A stretch of 37,263 bases of DNA from a virus (Duplodnaviria > Caudoviricetes). Shown here in pieces: positions 1 to 9,481 of the stretch. The position numbers and the translations under genes are program-made. The notes beneath the pieces are model-generated. The model searched no databases and was not told the DNA's origin. It saw only the letters and a program-made list of their open reading frames with translations. Location of the stretch: positions 1 to 37,263 of the IMG/VR virus record IMGVR_UViG_3300034109_000079. The stretch is one strand, 5' to 3'. Position 1 is the first letter of the stretch; every line of letters starts with the position of its first letter.

Positions 1-133
1 CAAGCGAAGAACCACCAGCGACTGTTAAATAATCGCTTCCATCAAAATACCCACTACCACCTACAGTAGCTGCGCTGTATGCAGCAGTAGGTAAGAATGG
101 GCTGAATGCTTGGACGGATGTATCTCCACTAGG
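1..133. repeat. Terminal direct repeat, left copy (circular assembly overlap)
   Basis: 1-133 is identical to 37131-37263 except position 127 (C) versus 37257 (A). Confidence 0.97.
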
Positions 134-949
134 AGTCATCACAAATGCGTTAGTGCTATTGTCAACAAAACGGCTGGATTGACAAGTAAGCAACTCAACC
201 TCTGTTGCTGTAGCACCTTGACTAGTGGTCGTTAATGATGACGTACTTGGCGTAAAGGCTCCTGTGTATAACGCAGTTCCTTTAACAACACGAAGATTGG
301 AAATATATCCGTTAATAGTGCCACCCCAATATTGTCCTATTCTAAATCTTGGTGTGGTTCCCCCATTAAGTGTAATCGTGGCACTACTTGAAGTATTGCC
401 CTCATCAACACCATTTAAATATAATCGAATTACACCAGAGTTTCTTACTAAAGCAACATGATACCATTGTGAAATAGATAATGTACTATTAGATGCTATT
501 ATAAAACTAGCGTTGTTAATATTTTCTGCCCAAATACTTAATTTATTAGAGGCAGTTCCATGACTAATAATTGCCGCAAATGCTCCAGAAGTAAAACTGC
601 CATGATTGCTTGATATTGGGGCAGAAATACTTAAAGAATTTAAGTACATAAAAAATTCAATAGTAAAGTTACCATCTAAAACTAAATTGGTATCACCCGG
701 AGTTAGTAGAGAATCTGAAGTACCATCAAAGAAATTACTCCACCCAGTTTGACTAAACGGCGAGAACGTACCCTGCGTCCTGTTCCCGTTGCTGGTGATG
801 GTAAAGTTGTTAGTAGACGAATCTAGGAACGTATTGTTTTGCGCTCCGTTCGTACCGTTGCCGGGAAGTAAAAGCGTCACTAAATTAAAGTACGCATCAG
901 TAATTGCTGATGACACAGCACCTAGCAGCATTGACATAATCCCACTCAT
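1..949 (-). CDS. 5' part of a LamG/concanavalin-A-like multi-domain tail/receptor-binding protein (about 666 aa; continues across the junction into 37130-36079)
   Basis: ATG at 949 after AAGGGG. Reads MSGIMSMLLGAVSSAITDAYFNLVTLLLPGNGTNGAQNNTFLDSS...FTIEFFMY...WYHVALVRNSGVIRLYLNGV...NGYISNLRVVKG and joins the 36079 ORF in frame across the repeat. Absent from the ORF track because it runs off the contig end. Confidence 0.88.
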   Translation of the reverse strand, partial: MSGIMSMLLGAVSSAITDAYFNLVTLLLPGNGTNGAQNNTFLDSSTNNFTITSNGNRTQGTFSPFSQTGWSNFFDGTSDSLLTPGDTNLVLDGNFTIEFFMYLNSLSISAPISSNHGSFTSGAFAAIISHGTASNKLSIWAENINNASFIIASNSTLSISQWYHVALVRNSGVIRLYLNGVDEGNTSSSATITLNGGTTPRFRIGQYWGGTINGYISNLRVVKGTALYTGAFTPSTSSLTTTSQGATATEVELLTCQSSRFVDNSTNAFVMTPSGDTSVQAFSPFLPTAAYSAATVGGSGYFDGSDYLTVAGGSSL

Positions 950-958
950 GTCAGCCCC

Positions 959-1390
959 TTAGGTTACGTTGCCAGTTACAACGCAGACCGTACCGCTAAT
1001 AAACAGAATCGTAGCTACACCACGAGTTGCTAACGTCATCGTATCCTTATCTGTATTCGCTCCAGCAATATAAGCTGTCGTAATTGAACAGGTAATCGTT
1101 ATGTTTCCTGTCGTATTGTTAAAGATAGAAACAATGTCACCAGCAGAGAATGTGCTGTTAGGGATAGTGACTGACCCACCAGAACCAACGCCAACAAACT
1201 CACCAACGTCAGACGTAGCCAAAGTGTAAGAAGTAGTCTTGTCCGATCCCGACTGCGGAACATTCAGAAACCCTAAAGTAACCCCATCCATGTTGGGTAA
1301 TGTCTGAGTGAGATTGCTATTAGTGTTAGCAGATTGCAAAGTGTGTGTACCTGTACCACTCGCATTACCCTGAACTTTTAAGTTACTCAT
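959..1390 (-). CDS. Small Thr/Ser/Gly-rich virion/tail-associated protein
   Basis: 143 aa, beta-rich composition, within the tail operon. Confidence 0.65.
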   Translation of the reverse strand: MSNLKVQGNASGTGTHTLQSANTNSNLTQTLPNMDGVTLGFLNVPQSGSDKTTSYTLATSDVGEFVGVGSGGSVTIPNSTFSAGDIVSIFNNTTGNITITCSITTAYIAGANTDKDTMTLATRGVATILFISGTVCVVTGNVT

Positions 1391-1399
1391 GTTATTTCC

Positions 1400-1873
1400 T
1401 TAACCAAAAACTAGCCATGAACTGCTAGTAGGCACAGTTACCGATGAACCTGTCGTAATAGTGATTTCACCGTAGCTGATCCCACGATTTCCTGACGTTA
1501 TCGAATAAGCACCTGATACCGTAGGCGTGTTTTCCCATATCGGGAATAGAACCGCATTACCTGATGTCTCTTTGTAAACAGCCCTATCCGCTGGATACGT
1601 TACAAAGACTTCCTTAGAGCCAGCAGAGAAGTTAACCTTCGCATCACTATTAGATGACTGTAGAACGGTATCCCGGCTTAACGTACCACTTCCGACCGTA
1701 CCTATTCCGGTTTCCCATTCGTTCCCTAAAACAATCGCGTAATAGGTGTTATTGCCGCTACCAATGCCAGCAGCAAAGGTCTGATACCCCGGAGAAGCAC
1801 CGTCTAACGTGACAGTACCCGTACCCGTAGTAGCAGTTGTTTCCTTTACCCGATCATTAACGATGAAAGGCAT
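1400..1873 (-). CDS. Putative tail structural protein
   Basis: DRVKETTATTGTGTVTL N-terminus typical of aquatic phage tail-fibre proteins; operon context. Confidence 0.7.
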   Translation of the reverse strand: MPFIVNDRVKETTATTGTGTVTLDGASPGYQTFAAGIGSGNNTYYAIVLGNEWETGIGTVGSGTLSRDTVLQSSNSDAKVNFSAGSKEVFVTYPADRAVYKETSGNAVLFPIWENTPTVSGAYSITSGNRGISYGEITITTGSSVTVPTSSSWLVFG

Positions 1874-1874
1874 A

Positions 1875-2261
1875 TCAAGCCAACGTCACGCTAAGGTTGC
1901 CACTAGAAATCGTGAAAATATCGCCTGTACCCACAGTCTTAGCCTCATCCAAAGCTGTGTGATACAAGAGATTTCCGCTAGTAGCAGCGTCCAAAATACC
2001 GATCCAGCCAATCGTTCCCCATGAAGCCGTAGCCGTAGGAAACACGACACTCGCTGAGTTCGTTGTCACACCGTTACTAGGCGCACCAAACGTCACCGCA
2101 GTACGAGCATACGAACCACCAGATACCTCAGTACCTGTGTTCGCATCCGTTGGGTCAGTAGTGAACAGACCGACATAAACTGTTGCCGGACTCGTATAAG
2201 TTGTGTTTCTCAAAGTCGCGTTAATCAGCGCATCTTCGAGGTAGTTACTCATTTCTGCCAT
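1875..2261 (-). CDS. Putative tail fibre/structural protein
   Basis: MSNYLE...VYVGLFTTDP...EVSGGSYAR...GNLLYH pattern common in phage virion proteins; GAGG RBS. Confidence 0.72.
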   Translation of the reverse strand: MAEMSNYLEDALINATLRNTTYTSPATVYVGLFTTDPTDANTGTEVSGGSYARTAVTFGAPSNGVTTNSASVVFPTATASWGTIGWIGILDAATSGNLLYHTALDEAKTVGTGDIFTISSGNLSVTLA

Positions 2262-2264
2262 GAT

Positions 2265-2885
2265 TTACCTCACGTTATAAGACATTGACATAGGTTGACC
2301 GCTGTACTCACTCGACTGGTCAGACGTATTGATAGCAGCTATCGCACGTTCGTACAAAGCACCCCAAGTCTGCAATCGAGCATCATTCATCAGATACGGC
2401 TCTGCCTCACCTAACGACGCATACAGCAACGCATCAGGATAGTTAGCCAAGAACGTATTGCTAGCGTTTGAGTCACTCAAGAGCGTAGGCTTAGAGTAAT
2501 ACAACATTTGCAACGTATATGCGGTATCTGGAATCGGAGCTAATTGAATCTCTGAGCCGAGAATCGTGTAGTCCACAGGTCTGCCACTCTCAGTCGTTCT
2601 GGCAGTCTCGTAGAAGCTGTTAGGAGCCTTGTAGCGCAACGTAAACACAGGATTAGTGTTCAGGTGTATATCGCGCATCTCAAGGAAATCAGTCGGTAAT
2701 CCAACCGTAGAGTCACCGCCAGTCGTTGTCGCTGTGGCAACTACTAGCATCTGACGAGTCCGAATGTCTCGTCTCAGTCGTTCTTCCGCTAACCGGATGA
2801 AGTCAGGAATGACGGTAGTTAGATCACTACGAGCTAGATAGCTTGCTACCGTAGTCCTTAATTCAGAATAGTTAGCAAAAGGCAT
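2265..2885 (-). CDS. Head-tail adaptor / tail tubular protein A-like
   Basis: 206 aa, YSELRTTVASYLARSDL...LPTDFLEMR...YPDALLYASL; located after the capsid gene. Confidence 0.75.
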   Translation of the reverse strand: MPFANYSELRTTVASYLARSDLTTVIPDFIRLAEERLRRDIRTRQMLVVATATTTGGDSTVGLPTDFLEMRDIHLNTNPVFTLRYKAPNSFYETARTTESGRPVDYTILGSEIQLAPIPDTAYTLQMLYYSKPTLLSDSNASNTFLANYPDALLYASLGEAEPYLMNDARLQTWGALYERAIAAINTSDQSSEYSGQPMSMSYNVR

Positions 2886-2886
2886 A

Positions 2887-3540
2887 TTATTCCTCTAATT
2901 GCTCAAAATCTTTCCATCCGTACTCATAGGTTCCTATGTGTCGAATGTGCATAGACAACTCATGGTCAACGTAAGTCTGGAATCCTTCACCACCAGCCTT
3001 GACGCAGAAATAAACATCCTCGCCACAGACTCCATTCTTACCCCATCCAGCATCAAACCACGGTCTGCCAGTCTTTTCAAATACTTCCTTGCGGATCAGT
3101 ACAGCACCAAAGCCAATCGCTGTAACTTCCTCAATACCCTCTTTACCACGGCTATCGATGTTCTCCCATTTATGGACTAACGTATCACCGTCCATATACT
3201 TCGTCATCATCTTAGCCGTAGGTGTTACAGGCTTCCTTCTCGTAGTCGCATTAACGCCAACTATAGGCACTTCACGACTCAGCAGAATAGTAATGATGTC
3301 AGGAGGAAACCGCATATCGCTGTCCACAAAGAACAACGCATCACAGCCCTCTTTCAACGCTACCTCTGCCAACTTCTCACGCTGGTCAAATATCAGCGTT
3401 CCCGGCATCGTATAAAGGCTTAAACCACCCTTACCGTCCTTGCATCTGACAGACGCATCATGTGCAGCCATCTTCGCAAAGTCAAACGCAAACGCCGTGT
3501 GAACCTCATCCCTAGCAGGAACGCAAACACCAACTCTCAT
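2887..3540 (-). CDS. GT-A fold (GT2-like) glycosyltransferase
   Basis: VGVCVP start, FFVDSDM (DxD motif), GFGAVLI, GEDVYFC, terminal HIG motif. Confidence 0.8.
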   Translation of the reverse strand: MRVGVCVPARDEVHTAFAFDFAKMAAHDASVRCKDGKGGLSLYTMPGTLIFDQREKLAEVALKEGCDALFFVDSDMRFPPDIITILLSREVPIVGVNATTRRKPVTPTAKMMTKYMDGDTLVHKWENIDSRGKEGIEEVTAIGFGAVLIRKEVFEKTGRPWFDAGWGKNGVCGEDVYFCVKAGGEGFQTYVDHELSMHIRHIGTYEYGWKDFEQLEE

Positions 3541-3839
3541 ACAGTACCCTTATACGTTTTCCAAACAGAATTGTCAGGATCGTTCAGCCACTTAGCGAAT
3601 CCAACGTCATCCACCACGTTAAAGCCCTTCATAATCCCTTTCTGGTTCAGTACGTCAATCACCGTAAAGGGTATTCTGGCTACATGGTGCATCTCGTTAA
3701 GATGTCCAGTTCTCTGCTTATCGAAATCTAACTGAGCCTTGTTAGCCTCAATGATCTCGGTTACATCCTGCTTGGTTTCGATGACAATCCCGCCGTCACC
3801 GTCCTCAAATACTGTCTGAGTCCGTATAGGTTTACTCAT
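3537..3839 (-). CDS. Phage hypothetical protein
   Basis: 100 aa, AAGGA RBS, ATGA overlap with the next gene. Confidence 0.75.
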   Translation of the reverse strand: MSKPIRTQTVFEDGDGGIVIETKQDVTEIIEANKAQLDFDKQRTGHLNEMHHVARIPFTVIDVLNQKGIMKGFNVVDDVGFAKWLNDPDNSVWKTYKGTV

Positions 3840-3854
3840 AAATCCTTTCGTAGG

Positions 3855-3880
3855 TCTCCTCGACCCTAGAGCCGAGGAGA
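3855..3880 (-). promoter_or_regulatory. Stable hairpin downstream of the capsid gene (no U-tract)
   Basis: TCTCCTCG/CGAGGAGA 8-bp perfect stem, extendable with G-U pairs on the minus strand. Confidence 0.55.
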
Positions 3881-3896
3881 TTTGCTACTAAAATGT

Positions 3897-4841
3897 TTAC
3901 AAACTCATATCTAAATCGGCGATTATGCCATGAGCTGCTTCGTTCTTAACTTCCAGCGTGACTTCAGCAAGCAACTGAGTATTCTCAGAGTCACCAGTCT
4001 TAGCCAGATCGCTAGTCTGGAACGGACGCAGATACGCTAGTGCTGCGTATTCTGGATCGAGTACCAGAGCTTCACGGGTACGCATGAAGCGGTTAGGAAC
4101 AACCGACATCGTGCCAAAGTCAGACATATAAACGTCAGCAGCACCGATAATGGTGGTCGGAGTATTGCCCGGAGCCATGTAACGCTGTGCAGCGATACCA
4201 GCAAACGAGCTAACCTTCTGCTTACCAGCAGCACCAACCATCAGAATCTTAGGCGAACCACCCGAAGTAAATACCTCTGCAACAACAGTTTTCAGCAGAG
4301 TCTCGGTGAAAGTACGCTGAGTACCGTCAGTACGAGTCGATACGCCGATAGTTGCTGGATCGGAACCGTCAGAAGCCTTGTCCGAGTTAGTCTTGATCCA
4401 CGACAGGATCGAACCCAACTTACGAGCGATTGTCGATGTACCAGCCGAACGACCTTGGTTAGCCAAAAGAATTGTCTCTAGGTCTCTCTTTAGCTCGCTG
4501 GATGCTTTAGCGAGTTGGTACGCTTTTTCGGCTTTTCTGCCTGCTTTGTTAACAGTATCCAGAGTGCCAGAAACCTGAACGGTCTTCTGGATGATCTGGG
4601 TGTAGTTACCAAGACGAACGGTAGGTGACAGAGTTGCCGATGTAGCGTCAGCACCTTCAATCGCAGCGTTAGCAGTCGTAGCAGCAGCCAACGAGTCAGT
4701 CTGCCACTCGTGATACACAGCAGTTGCCTTGGTCTTGCCAATCGATGACATAAACGGAGTTTCCGTTGGAGAAATGTCATAGATGATGTCGGTCAAATCT
4801 TCCCGCTGACCAATCGCGGTATGTGCTGTAAATGTAGGCAT
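3897..4841 (-). CDS. Major capsid protein (DUF5309/SU10-type)
   Basis: GQREDLTDIIYDISPTETPF...HEWQTDSL...GNYTQI...LAKTGDS...TLEVKNEAAHG; follows the scaffold gene. Confidence 0.92.
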   Translation of the reverse strand: MPTFTAHTAIGQREDLTDIIYDISPTETPFMSSIGKTKATAVYHEWQTDSLAAATTANAAIEGADATSATLSPTVRLGNYTQIIQKTVQVSGTLDTVNKAGRKAEKAYQLAKASSELKRDLETILLANQGRSAGTSTIARKLGSILSWIKTNSDKASDGSDPATIGVSTRTDGTQRTFTETLLKTVVAEVFTSGGSPKILMVGAAGKQKVSSFAGIAAQRYMAPGNTPTTIIGAADVYMSDFGTMSVVPNRFMRTREALVLDPEYAALAYLRPFQTSDLAKTGDSENTQLLAEVTLEVKNEAAHGIIADLDMSL

Positions 4842-4849
4842 GATAGTTC

Positions 4850-5833
4850 CTATAAGAATCGTTCAAATGCTCTTGCGGCATCAGCTACCCTTCCGGTTTG
4901 CTTTGCTCGCGCCTTTAACTTATTCAGTTCTTCGTTACCGTCTCTGCTCTTTCCAACACCCGACTTCATAACTTTCGGGGCTTCGTTCACCTTCTTCGTG
5001 ATGGCAGGTTTAGAGCTTTGCAACTTATCGTATTGCATCGCCTTGTATAACGCTAGAACTGCGCGAGAGTCATAAACTCCCGCTAACTCTTGTTCAGAGA
5101 AACCTAGTTTGAGTCCAAACTCCCTAAGTTCCCGCTTCATCGCATCACCACGCTTCGGGTCAGCATACTCAGGAATAACCTCTGCCAGCTTACGAGCCTC
5201 AGCCTGTATTACAGACCCTAGCTGTTCCTGACGTTCCTGCTCCTGCTGCATCGCAATTCGCTGTCGTTCAGCCTGAACTTGAGCTAACTGCTTTTCCCGC
5301 TGACTTAGTTCTGCGACCTTAACGGCATAACCGATAGGATCGTTTTCCTTCAAATAGTCCAGATTCTCTGTCTCTGGCTGCTGGTTGAGCATCTGCTCGA
5401 TAACCTGCAACCGTTCCGCATACTGGTCTCGTAGGTACTTGGCTTCCTCGATACGCTGTCGTTCAGCCTCGACTACCTTACGTTCTTCAGCTACGGCTTG
5501 CGATTTCTTTGTATAGTCTGTGCCAAGTTGATAAGACTTGATTAGCTCATCAAGGGTTACATCACGTTCTTCTCCGGCTGCTTTCACCCGGAACGTCTGA
5601 GGCTCCTCTTGCTCATCCTGCTCATCTTCTTGTTCTACCTCATCAGAATCGTCTGCTTGCGCTTCATATTCCTCAGATTCGGCTTCGCTATCGTTGGCTT
5701 CGGTTTGAGATTCAGGTTGTTCCTGTTCGGAGCCTTCTTCCCCACCCATAAGACCCAAAATAGCGTCAGCTGCACTACCTACATTCAACTCTGGACTACC
5801 GGATTCCGGTGTCGTTCCTTGAGTATCGCTCAT
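4850..5833 (-). CDS. Capsid scaffolding protein
   Basis: Acidic N-terminus, VTLDELIKSYQLGTDYTKKSQ, coiled coil; lies between portal and capsid genes. Confidence 0.85.
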   Translation of the reverse strand: MSDTQGTTPESGSPELNVGSAADAILGLMGGEEGSEQEQPESQTEANDSEAESEEYEAQADDSDEVEQEDEQDEQEEPQTFRVKAAGEERDVTLDELIKSYQLGTDYTKKSQAVAEERKVVEAERQRIEEAKYLRDQYAERLQVIEQMLNQQPETENLDYLKENDPIGYAVKVAELSQREKQLAQVQAERQRIAMQQEQERQEQLGSVIQAEARKLAEVIPEYADPKRGDAMKRELREFGLKLGFSEQELAGVYDSRAVLALYKAMQYDKLQSSKPAITKKVNEAPKVMKSGVGKSRDGNEELNKLKARAKQTGRVADAARAFERFL

Positions 5834-5874
5834 CTTTTCTTTCCTAAATTATATCGGGAACCGCCCGAAACGGG

Positions 5875-6105
5875 TTACAAAATCTTTAACCGCTTCTCCT
5901 CAATTAGCTTGTCTGACGCTAACCCTTCGAGATACGTTTCAATCAACTCTAATGCCCTCAACTGACGATAAGCAGACTCTCTAACCTCTACCTGACCATA
6001 ATCGCTAGTTGCAAACTTGGCAATCTCTTGCGACCGGAGTTCTTCCATCATTTCCTGAAAGTTCTCGTCCTTCAGGAGTATCTCAGCCCAATATGCTTTA
6101 CTCAT
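5875..6105 (-). CDS. Small hypothetical protein between portal and scaffold
   Basis: 76 aa, ATGA overlap with the portal stop codon. Confidence 0.75.
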   Translation of the reverse strand: MSKAYWAEILLKDENFQEMMEELRSQEIAKFATSDYGQVEVRESAYRQLRALELIETYLEGLASDKLIEEKRLKIL

Positions 6106-8201
6106 GCTGTCAGATTCCCTAGCTCTTTAATCGCCTTCAGGACAATATCAGCCTGTTTAGCTCTCGTATCCTCATCAGCCAAGTCCATCGCTAAGATAGC
6201 CTGTAGCTGCTTAACCGCTAACTCAGCCTCACGAATCCTCATGTCAGCCTCTTGCTGTTGGGCTTTCATGCTCATTTCCATGCCCTTACGGGTAAACTCA
6301 GCCTCTAACGACTGACGCTCTAGGTCTAGCTTCGCAGCCTCAATCTGAGTCTTAGCTTCGGTCTTTTCACGCTCTACCTGAGCCAACATCTGAGCTACTT
6401 CAGCCTGTTGATCTGGTGTTGGCGGCTGTGGCTGAGACAACTGCTCGTTCAACTCAGGAGAAATCTCGTTAATGAAAGCGTTAGCATCCTTGAAACCAGA
6501 CGCTTCAATCATTCGAGCCAAGGTATCTCGGTACTGAGCAACGCTAACCAACGGATTACTTGCACCGAACTGAGTCAGAATCTGCTCCTGCTTGCCCATA
6601 ATCATCTGGAGCATAGCCAGTTTCTGCTCACGATCCCCTGAACCCAACCCTACGTTAATGGCTACGTCGTACTGGTTAGTCCAAGTCCGAGGGTCAAACG
6701 TCACAAACTTGCCACGCATACGGACAATCTTTGCCTGATCCTGATACTTGCCCAATAGGTGCAGAATCCCCTTAAACAAGCTCTTAACGCCTGTCTCCGC
6801 AAAGATACGAGCAATCAACTCCAGCTTGCCAGAGTTCGACTTCATCATCGCAGCAATAGCCGTAGCCGAGACATTGTTCAGCACATCTGGATCAAGACCC
6901 TGTTGCTGGTCATTAACACCTGTCCGTTTAGCCTGAACCGAGTCCATGTACTCAAGCAATGGGAAAGCCTGAGCAGTTACCGCAGGAACCTCTACCGGCG
7001 TAATCGCACCAGCAGATTTCATACGGATCAATCCACCCGGAGTAGCGTTCAACGCATCATCCAGATTAACCTGACCCTCAACCACGCCTAAACGAGCATT
7101 GTTCGTCAGATACAAGTTATCAAGCATCTGTCTCGTAACAGTAGACTTGATTAGCTGAATGTCCATAGTCCGGTCTGCCAACGACTGACCGAAGAACTTA
7201 TGCGGAATCGGGATAGGACAGAGACTGTGGAACGGAACTAGGTCACATTCCTCGTCATCGAGGATTTCGTTGCCAGAATAGGTAATCTTGCGTAGTTCGG
7301 CTATACCATCGCCATTAACGTCGATATGGATGTAGCACTCGTAGACCTCAACCACCTGCATCGTGTAGTCAAGGCTGATGTTCTCATCCGGCTGCTCACC
7401 TTGAGAAAACCTAGCTACTCGTTCAGGAGTGTACTGAAGGTCATCATAGCTAGGCAAACCTTCCACAATGTCCTTATCGAACCCCATAGCCGTTAGCTCT
7501 GAGCGCGTCATCAATCGACGGTGAGCTACGAAAGGACTATCCTCAATGGTTCGTGCAGACTTGCTAATCAGGAATTCTTCCGGCGGTACGTTCTCAATCT
7601 TTACACAGCCGTATTTCTTAACCGTCTTGACCTTGACCGTGTACATAGGAATCTGAATAGGCATCCCCATCATATCCACGCCACCATCAAGCATCTCAAC
7701 CTTCTGGCTAGTTACCTCAATGCTCGGATCACTCAAGAGCAGAGCTAACTCATCTTCAGTCAGGTTCTTATATGTTTCCTTGTTGACATCCTCTTTAGCT
7801 TCCCAATACGCCTTGACTACGCCGACCTTCTGCATCAGCGCATCTTTGAACCAGTTGTGCAGGATGATTAGACCGTCATTCTCACGATAAAAGACCCAGT
7901 TACAGTAGTCTGTAGCCTGTCTAGCGGACTCCTCATCTTCTGGAGTCTGAGGCTCAAATGAGACAATATCCTCGGTAGTCGTAAAGACTCGGATAAGCTG
8001 TGGCAATGCTCCGTCAATAGCTTCTGCTACCTCGCCGGTAACAATCTGGCTACGACCTTCTACCTCGTTGCCATAGGGATAACGCAGGTAATACTCTAGT
8101 GCCTTAGCACGTTGGTCGGTAGTCTCGGTATCGACATAGCCAATCGCATTGTCGATTTCATTCTCAAGAATACTCTTGATCTGCCCTTCGTCCATCTTCA
8201 T
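6102..8201 (-). CDS. Portal protein (podovirus type, with C-terminal coiled coil)
   Basis: 699 aa, EGRSQIV...WFKDAL...VPPEEFLI...PIPHKFFG; long Q/E-rich C-terminal helix; follows the terminase gene. Confidence 0.93.
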   Translation of the reverse strand: MKMDEGQIKSILENEIDNAIGYVDTETTDQRAKALEYYLRYPYGNEVEGRSQIVTGEVAEAIDGALPQLIRVFTTTEDIVSFEPQTPEDEESARQATDYCNWVFYRENDGLIILHNWFKDALMQKVGVVKAYWEAKEDVNKETYKNLTEDELALLLSDPSIEVTSQKVEMLDGGVDMMGMPIQIPMYTVKVKTVKKYGCVKIENVPPEEFLISKSARTIEDSPFVAHRRLMTRSELTAMGFDKDIVEGLPSYDDLQYTPERVARFSQGEQPDENISLDYTMQVVEVYECYIHIDVNGDGIAELRKITYSGNEILDDEECDLVPFHSLCPIPIPHKFFGQSLADRTMDIQLIKSTVTRQMLDNLYLTNNARLGVVEGQVNLDDALNATPGGLIRMKSAGAITPVEVPAVTAQAFPLLEYMDSVQAKRTGVNDQQQGLDPDVLNNVSATAIAAMMKSNSGKLELIARIFAETGVKSLFKGILHLLGKYQDQAKIVRMRGKFVTFDPRTWTNQYDVAINVGLGSGDREQKLAMLQMIMGKQEQILTQFGASNPLVSVAQYRDTLARMIEASGFKDANAFINEISPELNEQLSQPQPPTPDQQAEVAQMLAQVEREKTEAKTQIEAAKLDLERQSLEAEFTRKGMEMSMKAQQQEADMRIREAELAVKQLQAILAMDLADEDTRAKQADIVLKAIKELGNLTA

Positions 8202-8224
8202 AGCAAACCCCTAAGTTTTGCTCA

Positions 8225-9481
8225 TTATACAATCCATTTAGTCGAAATTGGCAACGATGTCTGCCATGAAGTATCTGTCTCGTCAAGACCAATCGCTAGG
8301 TATCTAAAAGCGTCTGAGTAATGGCTAGACCAGTCATGCAAAGGCTTCTCGTAGAATATCTGTCTACGCTCATCATGCTCCCGACGGTAGTTCCGTAGCG
8401 CATCTAGTCCGTTCTTTGTTCTCGGATTGAACCAGCATCTAGGCAACATACGTCGCACAGCCTGTATCCCGTCGGCAACGCTAAGTCTCGGAGCGACTGT
8501 GATGCTAAGTCCAGCTTCCTCCAGCACTTCCTTACGACTCTTGCCTGTTCCGAGTTCTCTAACCTGTACGTCATGGGGCAGGATTTGGTCAAACTTCCCA
8601 TAGTCGTTATCCTTCAACCAGCCGACATACCAGTCCAGTCCAACCCCGTGATTCTCTACGCAGTCGATAAGTCGGACTTCCTTCCCTGCCAACTGAGCAA
8701 CCCATATTGCAGTCGAATCACCCATCCCCAAATCCCAAGCAGCGAAGCTACGGCACAGACCGTCAGTAGGAAAGTCGCTAACACGACCATTGCTCTCAAG
8801 ATCGTTAATGAGCTTGCCATAGTAGCTACCCTCAACCGCTGCGTTAAAGGAACACTCGAACTCCTGGTTATACCTGTCCTCACCCATCTCTCGATAGGCG
8901 GCTTTGAGTTCTGAGTCTGGTAGAACTCCGGTCTGGCTAGCCTTGAACTCTAGGAACTTCCAGCCTTCCTCAGTCTTGGCTCTGTCCGCTAGTTCAGCGA
9001 AATGGTTATTACCTTTAGGAGTACCAATGAAGCAAGCCCACCCAAGCCTATCGGCAAGAGCAGGTCTGACGATCTCGTTCCATATTCTCGGATTCTGATC
9101 GCCAACTTCGTCGATAACCACGCCATCGAAATACTGACCACGCAAGCTGTCAGGATTGTCAGACCCGTAAAGACTAACCCTACGCCCAAAGAAATCAGCA
9201 CGAAGCTCAGAGACATTGTAGGTAGCTCCTAGTGGTCTGGTGTACTTCTGAAGGTAATCCCACGCTACTCGTTTGGCTTGTCCATAGGTAGGCGCAATGT
9301 AGGCAAATCGCGGGTCTGGCTTGTCGCACTCGATAGCGGACTTGATAAGGTGATTGATTGCGCTAACAGTCTTTCCCATACGACGATGGGCAACCACCAC
9401 AGTAAAACGATGCTGCTCAATGGCATCATGTATCTCTAGCTGCTGAGACCTTGGTTCATAGTCGATAACTATTTCTGTCAT
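8225..9481 (-). CDS. terL: Terminase large subunit
   Basis: HRRMGKT Walker A, YIAPTYGQAK, LRGQYFDGVVIDE Walker B, IGTPKG, nuclease WDLGMGD and HDWSSHYSDAFRY. Confidence 0.97.
   Translation of the reverse strand: MTEIVIDYEPRSQQLEIHDAIEQHRFTVVVAHRRMGKTVSAINHLIKSAIECDKPDPRFAYIAPTYGQAKRVAWDYLQKYTRPLGATYNVSELRADFFGRRVSLYGSDNPDSLRGQYFDGVVIDEVGDQNPRIWNEIVRPALADRLGWACFIGTPKGNNHFAELADRAKTEEGWKFLEFKASQTGVLPDSELKAAYREMGEDRYNQEFECSFNAAVEGSYYGKLINDLESNGRVSDFPTDGLCRSFAAWDLGMGDSTAIWVAQLAGKEVRLIDCVENHGVGLDWYVGWLKDNDYGKFDQILPHDVQVRELGTGKSRKEVLEEAGLSITVAPRLSVADGIQAVRRMLPRCWFNPRTKNGLDALRNYRREHDERRQIFYEKPLHDWSSHYSDAFRYLAIGLDETDTSWQTSLPISTKWIV

Noticed and set aside
5834-5874. Sigma70 promoter before the scaffold gene (TATAAT at 5848-5853, with a small CCCG/CGGG hairpin)
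   Set aside because: No -35 box at 16-18 nt spacing and no extended -10; it could be an activator-dependent late promoter but cannot be supported from sequence alone.
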